This document shows, piece after piece, positions 35,835 through 42,259 of a stretch of 51,200 bases of DNA. This DNA is from Clostridia bacterium (lineage in GTDB: Bacteria; Bacillota; Clostridia; Christensenellales; DTU072), in the NCBI GenBank assembly GCA_028699795.1, contig JAQVTZ010000001.1, positions 1 to 51,200 on the forward strand. The letters are read 5' to 3'. The notes under the pieces were generated by a model. It was not told the DNA's origin, did no database searches, and saw only the letters and a list, made by a program, of their open reading frames with translations. Every line of letters begins with the position of its first letter. Within the stretch, counting starts at the first letter, position 1. The translations under genes and the position numbers were made by a program.

Positions 35835-36382
35835 TGCTGACACCTCTTATGATTGAAGATTTTTTCGATTACGTCGAAAATAAACGTAGAAATGTAACCA
35901 GTTATGTTCCTACTGTTTCTCTGCGCAATTCGGACTTCCCTCTCAATCTTCTTTTGTCTTCACGCGATACAGATGTGAAGTCTCTTATGCTTCGCGACTA
36001 TATGCGGGGCGTTTCTCAGCCCGTGATGGCTCAGCGATTGGGGATTACCTTTAATCAAAGCTACATCTTTGATTTGCGGCGGCGATACGCTCGTCGCGTC
36101 GCTCTCTATTTTACGTGGAAACTTGTGTATGAGGCGCTCGGAGAGGTTTTTGACATGCGGCTTGAATCTGTATTTCCCGTTGACGAGGAAGCTTACGACA
36201 ATTATGTTGTTCGTTGTGCAAAAACGGGGTTGCTTTCCGTTCGTGACCTAATCGATTTTTATGCGCACAACAAATATAGCGTTATTGATAAACACTTGGG
36301 CGCAAACAGGGCGACGCACAGTCGGATGTTTGATGTTCTTCGTCGGGTGTGTTCTGCGCACGTAGGCGTAATGGATAACTAG
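35834..36382 (+). CDS. HTH protein (182 aa), sigma region-4-like segment
   Basis: TAATG overlap with the upstream gene. LMLRDYMRGVSQPVMAQRLGITFNQSYIFDLRRRYARRV looks like a sigma-70 r4/LuxR-type HTH. The C-terminal LSVRDLIDFY..LGANRATHSRMFDVL looks helix-hairpin-helix-like. Confidence 0.55.
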   Translation: MLTPLMIEDFFDYVENKRRNVTSYVPTVSLRNSDFPLNLLLSSRDTDVKSLMLRDYMRGVSQPVMAQRLGITFNQSYIFDLRRRYARRVALYFTWKLVYEALGEVFDMRLESVFPVDEEAYDNYVVRCAKTGLLSVRDLIDFYAHNKYSVIDKHLGANRATHSRMFDVLRRVCSAHVGVMDN

Positions 36383-36405
36383 ATAAATTTAAAGGAGGAA
36401 TTGTA

Positions 36406-36768
36406 ATGAGAAGCCAAAACCAGAGGTTACGCAAAGCAACGTCGAACAACGACGACAACGGAACAGCGATGAAATTTGAAGATTTTTTATTGTTGAAAAA
36501 GGACGGCGACAAAGAGACTTTTCGTCTTCGTTACCGCGGGTATCTAAAGAGCCTAAAAGAGCTCGACACTCTTAAACGGCGGGCGCGGGCGGCGTCAGAA
36601 AGATACCATGACGCAGAAGACGGAATGAGTGTCTTTTCTTCCGAACAAAAAGAGGATTCTCGCTATCTCGCATTCCGCAAAAGTTTTGACAAGGCGTGTA
36701 TGCAAATGTGTTCTCTTGCGGCAGATATCGCGGCGAAAGAAAAAGAAATAAAGGAAAAGTATCAGTAA
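36406..36768 (+). CDS. Hypothetical coiled-coil protein (120 aa)
   Basis: AAAGGAGG RBS 7 nt before the ATG. No motif recognised. Confidence 0.6.
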   Translation: MRSQNQRLRKATSNNDDNGTAMKFEDFLLLKKDGDKETFRLRYRGYLKSLKELDTLKRRARAASERYHDAEDGMSVFSSEQKEDSRYLAFRKSFDKACMQMCSLAADIAAKEKEIKEKYQ

Positions 36769-36788
36769 TCTGATTCAGGATGTTTTGA

Positions 36789-36815
36789 CAGCGGGGAAAT
36801 CCCCGCTGTTTTTTT
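36789..36815 (+). terminator. Intrinsic terminator
   Basis: CAGCGGGG-aaat-CCCCGCTG followed by T7. Same hairpin family as the terminators that open repeat copies D, E and F. Confidence 0.85.
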
Positions 36816-36827
36816 CATGCCCGTTTT

Positions 36828-36842
36828 TCCTCACGGTGAGGA
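36828..36842. promoter_or_regulatory. 15-bp palindrome TCCTCAC-G-GTGAGGA (site 7)
   Basis: Perfect copy between convergent operons. Preceded by ATGCCCGTTTTT, the first bases of the long repeat. Confidence 0.75.
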
Positions 36843-36849
36843 CGGTTTT

Positions 36850-37953
36850 TTATATGTTGCTTTTTCGCCTGTTACAGTCGGCGCATAGCATCTGACAGTT
36901 TTCGGCGGTTGTTCTTCCGCCCTTACTCCACGGCGTTATGTGGTCGGCTTGCATTTCTTCAAGGGCGTATTGTTCTCTGCACTTAGGGCATTCTCCTCTT
37001 TGTCTTTCGTATGCCGCTCGTGCCATTCTGGGCGTAAATGCTCGGATGCTTAAAGCGCTCTCGCGTCTTGCGTCCTCTCCCGCTAACATGTATTCATATA
37101 TGCCCGCTTGTCTTGTTATGTCATCATCTTGCATGAGGTCAGCAATGCGTGTCTCGAGCAGATGCGGGTCATATTTATTGTTTTGATATATGTTATAGTA
37201 CATCCCCCACTCGAGCCCCTTCATTTCTCTGCGGTATTGAGGAAACGTTGCCTTTACCCAGTTTATGACGCTCAGAAAATACAGCCATAGCTCGTTACAA
37301 TTTGTGTCGTGTTGGTGTTCCGCCATATAGTCTTCAATTTTATCTTCTCTTCTTGCCGCTATCCATCGTATCGCCGTCTCGAGGTATTCTTGTCGTATTG
37401 ACGAGCCCTTCATATAGTCGCTTGCGATGGCGTGGGCGGGGCATCCGCTTTTACTGAAATATCGTTTCGCGTCGGTTAGCCATTCGCCCGTATATATGGC
37501 ATTGCGGCGCTCCTGCGCGGAGAGCTGTTCACCAACCATGTTGACTATCTCGAACCAGTCGAGTTTTTCTTTGTCTGTTCCTTCGCATATATATATCATA
37601 AGGGGATAGGAAAGGATTTGCTCTTGCTCGGTTGTTGTGAGGTTGCTGAACCCCATATGTTCGATGGAGTAGTCTCCATTAACGTATTGGCAGATGCTAA
37701 TTGTTCGTTGCTGTCCATCCAAAACTTCGTATGTTCCCGCCTCGGTTGGAATCCAATACATCACGTTGAGCGGAAAAGCCTTTCTTACCGTTCGGATGAC
37801 TTCATCGCGCTGTTTATCTTTATATATAAACTCACGCTGATAGGCGGGGCGTATGTTCAATCTCCCGCTGTATCCTGTGACGCCATTTTCCGCGCTATCG
37901 GTATATCCTTTGACTATTTCGCGTACAGGAATTTCGTGCAATTTGATTTTCAT
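36850..37953 (-). CDS. DUF262 (ParB-like nuclease/NTPase, DGQQR) protein with C-terminal HNH endonuclease motif (367 aa)
   Basis: RPAYQREFIY and LDGQQRT in the N-terminal domain. C-terminal CPKC..ADHITPWSKGGRTTAENCQMLCADCNRRKSN. ATGA overlap with the upstream methyltransferase gene. Confidence 0.8.
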   Translation of the reverse strand: MKIKLHEIPVREIVKGYTDSAENGVTGYSGRLNIRPAYQREFIYKDKQRDEVIRTVRKAFPLNVMYWIPTEAGTYEVLDGQQRTISICQYVNGDYSIEHMGFSNLTTTEQEQILSYPLMIYICEGTDKEKLDWFEIVNMVGEQLSAQERRNAIYTGEWLTDAKRYFSKSGCPAHAIASDYMKGSSIRQEYLETAIRWIAARREDKIEDYMAEHQHDTNCNELWLYFLSVINWVKATFPQYRREMKGLEWGMYYNIYQNNKYDPHLLETRIADLMQDDDITRQAGIYEYMLAGEDARRESALSIRAFTPRMARAAYERQRGECPKCREQYALEEMQADHITPWSKGGRTTAENCQMLCADCNRRKSNI

Positions 37954-39149
37954 AGTATCGCCTCTTTCCGTTTCGGTTTTTCTGGGTGTTTATTCAATAT
38001 GAAAACGCGGTGGTACGTTGTTTGAACTCTAATGCCGTCTTTCTCATAATATGGGTGCTTTTTATCATCAGTAACAATAGCGGGACATTTTCCAAACGTC
38101 GCGCCTGTTCGTCCGTTTCGCTTTTTATCCTGCGTATATCCGATATGTTTACTATAATCAACGCCAAGATTAAGCGTGTTAGGGTCGCTCGGCGCACTAA
38201 TTGTTCCAATGATTTCGAACTGTTCTGGGTTATATTTATCCAAAAACGTAATAGGCACACCCATCACCCCGTCGTAGTCGCACGGAATTTCGGACGTTTT
38301 GCTTACCTCTATTGCGTCGTAATTGTCATATTTGGGATACTCTGCGGGCGTGTAATGCTTATATAATATGAGGTCTTCGTGTCTTTCCTCGTAGTCAATG
38401 TTCGTATACCATCGCACACCCTTAACGCGAATATATTTTATGCCGTTCGCGTCTACTCTATATCCCGACGCATTCAGAGGGTAATCGTCAGGAACACGAA
38501 ATTCTCTGTCTCCGCTATGAATTGACGCGCCTAACCATACCTTATTATTCATTATCAAGGGAAAAAAGTCTTTGTAGGTAATAGCATTAACGTTTCCAAG
38601 AATTACAAACTCTTTGTCATACTTTACGAGAGTCATTATTACCTGACGCCATAAGCTGAACGGCGGGTTAGTTGTCACGATATCTGCTTCTTTTAGCAAT
38701 TCTATACACTCAGAAGAGCGAAAATCACCGTCCTCTTGGAGTAGCGAGAGGACGTTATTTTTATTTTTCAAAAGATATTCTACGTCGGCGAGGTCGGTTC
38801 GTCCGTCGTGATTTTCGTCGTTGACCTCTGTTATTTCTATTTTATATGGCTTCTTTTGAGGAGTGTTGTTTTCGTCTGTTACGGAGTCGAACAGGCTTAA
38901 TTGTGTATATGCAATAGGAGACGTTGCGTAACAGGTTGCAATCAGCTTTTTCAGTTGGAGTGAGTTAAAATTCAACGCAAAATATTTGAAAAAGTTACTC
39001 TCGTATGGGTCGTCACAATTACAAAAGACGATTTTCCCCTTGAAGTGACTTTTATAGTGTTTCATTTCTTTTTCTATGTCCGCAAGCTGAGTGTAAAACT
39101 CGTCTTTTTTTTCGGATTTTGCGTTGCTTAATATGCTGTTTCCCGTCAT
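37950..39149 (-). CDS. N6-adenine DNA methyltransferase (EcoRI-methylase-like family)
   Basis: Start set to ATG 39149 behind AAGGAGA. DEFYTQLADIEKEMKHYKSHFKGKIVFCNCDDPYESNFFKYF and catalytic TTNPPFSLW (NPPF). Confidence 0.8.
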   Translation of the reverse strand: MTGNSILSNAKSEKKDEFYTQLADIEKEMKHYKSHFKGKIVFCNCDDPYESNFFKYFALNFNSLQLKKLIATCYATSPIAYTQLSLFDSVTDENNTPQKKPYKIEITEVNDENHDGRTDLADVEYLLKNKNNVLSLLQEDGDFRSSECIELLKEADIVTTNPPFSLWRQVIMTLVKYDKEFVILGNVNAITYKDFFPLIMNNKVWLGASIHSGDREFRVPDDYPLNASGYRVDANGIKYIRVKGVRWYTNIDYEERHEDLILYKHYTPAEYPKYDNYDAIEVSKTSEIPCDYDGVMGVPITFLDKYNPEQFEIIGTISAPSDPNTLNLGVDYSKHIGYTQDKKRNGRTGATFGKCPAIVTDDKKHPYYEKDGIRVQTTYHRVFILNKHPEKPKRKEAIL

Positions 39150-39254
39150 GTCGTTTCTCCTTTTAAGGCGTATGTTTTTTCCACGAGCCCTTATATCCAT
39201 TATCATACCCCATCTCTGCATACATTTCTCAAAAAATGCGTGTGCCTCCCTGTT

Positions 39255-39731
39255 TCTTCCCGCGTCGTTCCTCCTCCGCTAGACCCGAAAGCCGTTATAC
39301 GGGCAAGGGGGCGCAGAGCACCCCATGAAATAAAGAACAACGGCGATGCCGTTGAGCCCGTGGCACTCTTGCCTTCTTCGAAGGGTTTTGCCTTCGGACG
39401 GACATCGGAAGGCGCAAGAGCTTTCGCGACATAAACCGCTACGCTTTTTATTTCACGGTCTCTTGCACTTTCCTTTCATGCGGGCGTTATCGGCTTCGCC
39501 GAAACCGACGCTGATTTTTCAAATCAGGGTTCGGTTTCGCCTTACTCAGCCTATCCCGCATTGTCCGCCTCGGCATTCTTTCGCGGGGCTACGCGCCCCG
39601 CTATCCCCCGACCTCGCCAACGCTGATTTTCCTCACCGTGAGGACGATTTTGCGTTTTTCTTTTTTTGGGGGGGGGTAGTTTGTTTGGTGTCCACGTCGT
39701 TTACAAAGGTCGCAGTTCGCGTAAATGGTGC
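39255..39731 (+). repeat. Dispersed structured repeat, copy C (lacks the opening terminator)
   Basis: Aligns by eye with 49852-50319 of copy E almost base for base. G9 tract at 39668-39676 versus G8 in copy E. Confidence 0.9.
39630..39644. promoter_or_regulatory. 15-bp palindrome TCCTCAC-C-GTGAGGA (site 8)
   Basis: Perfect copy at the 3' part of repeat C, about 90 bp upstream of the -35 at 39732. Confidence 0.8.
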
Positions 39732-39760
39732 TTGACAACGTATGTACTACGTGTTACAAT
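39732..39760 (+). promoter_or_regulatory. Sigma-A type promoter, ATGTAC-spacer family, with conserved leader 39761-39811
   Basis: TTGACA, 17 nt (acgtATGTACtacgtgt), TACAAT. Leader AGTGTAAAGAAATCAA-GCC(gtaa)GGC-ACGTGAAAGCGAGGA. Confidence 0.8.
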
Positions 39761-39811
39761 TATAGTGTAAAGAAATCAAGCCGTAAGGCACGTGAAAGCG
39801 AGGATTTTATC

Positions 39812-40852
39812 ATGGCAATCATAAAGAGCACAAAAGAGGTCATTACGTCGTATAAGCCCGCAAACACCCCTTCTCTGGAACAGCTTGCGCAGATTGCTCG
39901 CGAGACCACAATCAAGTGGAAGGATACTATCGTTGATAATTCGAACGGATGCGCGGTTACGATTAGCCCTGCTCTTCAAGTCACTTACCCTATGCTCGTG
40001 AACGGGTCAAATGATAAACTATGTTCTGACATTACGGACACGGCTTTTTATCAGCTTTGTTCGCGGGTTGGCGTTCCTTCCAAATATGTTTGTAAGTGTT
40101 TTGAGGCGGGAAAGACAGAGCTCGCGCTTAATAACTTCTCGGCGTGGGCGGGCGAATGCAAGTCGTCGATGCTCGTTCGCTCTCACGAAGGCGTTGTTCG
40201 GGCGTGTTTGTCCTCGGAGTACAGCACGTTTGACATCTATCAGGTATTAAGGGCTCTTTCTTATACGGTCGATACAGAGCGCTTTGTTCCGTCTCAGGTT
40301 TTCATGTCGTCTGACCGTCTTCACATTCGTTTTGTGGACTATACCCCTATTCATCAGGATGACGGGTCTCCCCTTTTTGCGGGATTTGTTGTCGACACGA
40401 GCGATATCGGGCAGGGCTCTTTGAGCATGAAGTTTTTCCTTTATCGGATGGCTTGCATGAACGGTTTGGTTATTTCTTCGATGGGCGGGACGCTGTTTCG
40501 TCTCAATCATGTCGGCGAAAAAATGTCGGAGAGTAAAATCGCTCTCTTTTCTCGGGCGTTTGCGGACATTGACCGTCTTGCAGGTAAGGCGGACATCCTC
40601 ATTGGGAGCTCTCGTAAAATCATGCTCAAAGACTATGAGCTTGCGATGTACATTGAGCGGGCGCGTCGCGAATTGAAGCTCAGCGCAGAAGGCGTCAAAA
40701 AGATGGAAGGTCTTATTTCATATACATATTCTCCTACCTTGTGGGGTCTGATAAGTAGTGTTTCTGAACTCGCGCAGGATTTCTCGTTGGAACAGCGCGT
40801 TCAGATGGAAGGATGGGCGGGGGAACTTCTCGTTCATTCGGCGGCAAGATGA
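39812..40852 (+). CDS. DUF932-family protein (346 aa)
   Basis: Start at ATG 39812, in frame within the track ORF. Blocks AFYQLCSRVGVPSKYV, VRACLSSEYSTFD, FVVDTSDIGQGSL.MKFFLYRMACMNGLV are typical of DUF932. Confidence 0.8.
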   Translation: MAIIKSTKEVITSYKPANTPSLEQLAQIARETTIKWKDTIVDNSNGCAVTISPALQVTYPMLVNGSNDKLCSDITDTAFYQLCSRVGVPSKYVCKCFEAGKTELALNNFSAWAGECKSSMLVRSHEGVVRACLSSEYSTFDIYQVLRALSYTVDTERFVPSQVFMSSDRLHIRFVDYTPIHQDDGSPLFAGFVVDTSDIGQGSLSMKFFLYRMACMNGLVISSMGGTLFRLNHVGEKMSESKIALFSRAFADIDRLAGKADILIGSSRKIMLKDYELAMYIERARRELKLSAEGVKKMEGLISYTYSPTLWGLISSVSELAQDFSLEQRVQMEGWAGELLVHSAAR

Positions 40853-41586
40853 TAAAGTTTCTTGCCGCTCTCTTCATGCTCGTTGACCATATCGGATTGT
40901 CGTTTTTTCCCAATTCGATATGGTTTCGCCTTGTCGGGCGGCTGTCTATGCCGCTCTTTGCGTTTTGCGTTGCGCGGGCTTTTGCCTACTCGGAGAATAA
41001 GGTTGTGGAGCGCTCTTATTTTTTGCGCATATTGGGGTTTTCTGCGGTTTCTCAGCTTCCCTATTCGTTGTTTTTGTTTTCAAGCGGAAGCTCTTTTTTG
41101 CGGTCTCTTCTTTCTCTCAATATTGGGTTTACTTGGTTATTGTCGGTTGCCGTTTTATGCCTCATTCGCCGCGCCCCGCCTCTGTTTGGCGTCTTTGGCG
41201 TTTCTGTTATTTTCTTTTTTTCGCTGACGGATTTCGTCAGTTACGGCGCGTTGGGGGTTTTTCTCCCCGTCCTCTTTTATTTCTTTTTGTGTCATAAGGA
41301 TTTTCCTTTGCTCGCATGGGCGGGAATGTGTGTCGGTACTGGTATTTATGCGGTTTTGCTTCAAGCTCCTATTCAATATGCCTCTCTCGGCGCATTCCTT
41401 TTTATCATTTTTTGGCGTGATTATAAAAAAGATGCAACTGCGCTTCGCGCCATTCATATAACCTTGCCGCGAAAGTTTTTTTACGCATTTTATCCCGTTC
41501 ACTTAGCGGTGCTTTCTTTGGTCTGTTTTGCCATACTTCCGTCCGCGCTCGACTCGGTTTCTGTTTTGTGCGATACTTGGCTTTAG
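40849..41586 (+). CDS. TraX-family membrane acyltransferase-like protein
   Basis: ATGA overlap with the DUF932 stop. MIKFLAALFMLVDHIGLSFFP..GRLSMPLFAFCVARAF. Polytopic. Confidence 0.75.
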   Translation: MIKFLAALFMLVDHIGLSFFPNSIWFRLVGRLSMPLFAFCVARAFAYSENKVVERSYFLRILGFSAVSQLPYSLFLFSSGSSFLRSLLSLNIGFTWLLSVAVLCLIRRAPPLFGVFGVSVIFFFSLTDFVSYGALGVFLPVLFYFFLCHKDFPLLAWAGMCVGTGIYAVLLQAPIQYASLGAFLFIIFWRDYKKDATALRAIHITLPRKFFYAFYPVHLAVLSLVCFAILPSALDSVSVLCDTWL

Positions 41587-41596
41587 GGGGATTTTT

Positions 41597-41896
41597 ATGG
41601 ACATTGATAGCTTTGTGGCGCGACAAAACGGGCGTTGCGTTCGTTATTCCGTTTTGGCTTTGTTCTGCTTTGAAAAAGCGGGTGACTATCGCGGAAACGT
41701 TTATGTTATTGCGACTCCCATTACGGATATAGTTGTTCCGAAGAACGCCTCGACCTTGCATGTTGATGCAAACGTGTTTCGCCTAGAAAAAGGGGCGGAC
41801 GGGCGGTCGTGGTTTCCCGTATCCATAGATGACAAGGAATACGGCGCAATTTCGGCGGATGCAAACAAAGCTCTTTTTCCTCTTTCTAACACTTGA
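41597..41896 (+). CDS. Hypothetical protein (99 aa)
   Basis: ATG 41597 behind AGGGGGA, in frame within track ORF 41528-41896. No motif recognised. Confidence 0.55.
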   Translation: MDIDSFVARQNGRCVRYSVLALFCFEKAGDYRGNVYVIATPITDIVVPKNASTLHVDANVFRLEKGADGRSWFPVSIDDKEYGAISADANKALFPLSNT

Positions 41897-41920
41897 CAAC
41901 CGCGTTACGTCGTGCTACAC
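41892..41920 (+). promoter_or_regulatory. Promoter upstream of the rep control region
   Basis: TTGACA, 17 nt, TACACT. Confidence 0.6.
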
Positions 41921-41926
41921 TAATTA

Positions 41927-41999
41927 TAGATACCGCGCTTTCTTTGAGCGGATTCTTCTTTACAAAAAAAACGGTCGCTTTTTAAGCGGCTGTTTTTTT
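41927..41999 (+). ncRNA. Candidate short transcript (~70 nt) ending at a plus-strand-specific terminator
   Basis: Bounded by promoter 41892-41920 and terminator 41971-41999. Ends are predicted, not observed. Confidence 0.35.
41971..41999 (+). terminator. Intrinsic terminator (plus-strand specific)
   Basis: ACGGTCGC / GCGGCTGT stem with two G-U pairs that exist only in the plus-strand RNA, followed by T6. Confidence 0.6.
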
Positions 42000-42009
42000 A
42001 TAATTTTAT

Positions 42010-42038
42010 TTGACAGGGGGTAATCGTTGTTGTAGAAT
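42010..42038 (+). promoter_or_regulatory. Promoter directed toward rep
   Basis: TTGACA, 17 nt, TAGAAT. Confidence 0.7.
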
Positions 42039-42054
42039 ACTAATTGTTTAGAGG

Positions 42055-42163
42055 AAAAAGAAAAATCGCCTTCTGGACAAAGGCGATTTCTTTTTTCTTC
42101 ATATAGTGCGATTTCACGAAGCTTTACGAGGGCGGGCGTGAAACCGCGGTAAATATCTCTTAC
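42055..42163 (-). ncRNA. Candidate countertranscript (~100 nt) antisense to the rep leader
   Basis: Starts about 7 nt after the minus-strand promoter 42170-42198. Contains the stem GGTTTCACG/CGTGAAATC and ends at the bidirectional terminator. Confidence 0.45.
42063..42096. terminator. Bidirectional terminator/attenuator in the rep leader
   Basis: Perfect 10-bp stem AAATCGCCTT / AAGGCGATTT. A-run upstream and T-run downstream, so it is functional in either direction. Confidence 0.75.
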
Positions 42164-42169
42164 GGTCAT

Positions 42170-42198
42170 ATTTTAGCATCGTGTCGCGGTGCTGTCAA
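42170..42198 (-). promoter_or_regulatory. Minus-strand promoter inside the rep leader
   Basis: Minus strand reads TTGACA, 17 nt (gcaccgcgacacgatgc), TAAAAT. Confidence 0.7.
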
Positions 42199-42259
42199 GT
42201 ATTTGCCGTAGTGTTATTTTTTGCATATTTGCGCCCTCGTTTTTTAGGGGGCGCTTGTT

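Noticed and set aside
42100-42150. A canonical parS (TGTTTCACGTGAAACA) or iterons near rep/parAB.
   Set aside because: Only separated half-matches were found (TTTCACG ..19 nt.. CGTGAAA), and these form the antisense-RNA stem. I found no tandem direct repeats. The dispersed 15-bp palindrome is the better centromere or operator candidate.
41960-42169. A 69-aa minus-strand ORF in the rep leader.
   Set aside because: It coincides with the predicted antisense RNA and runs through the bidirectional terminator. It has no RBS. A non-coding role is more plausible.
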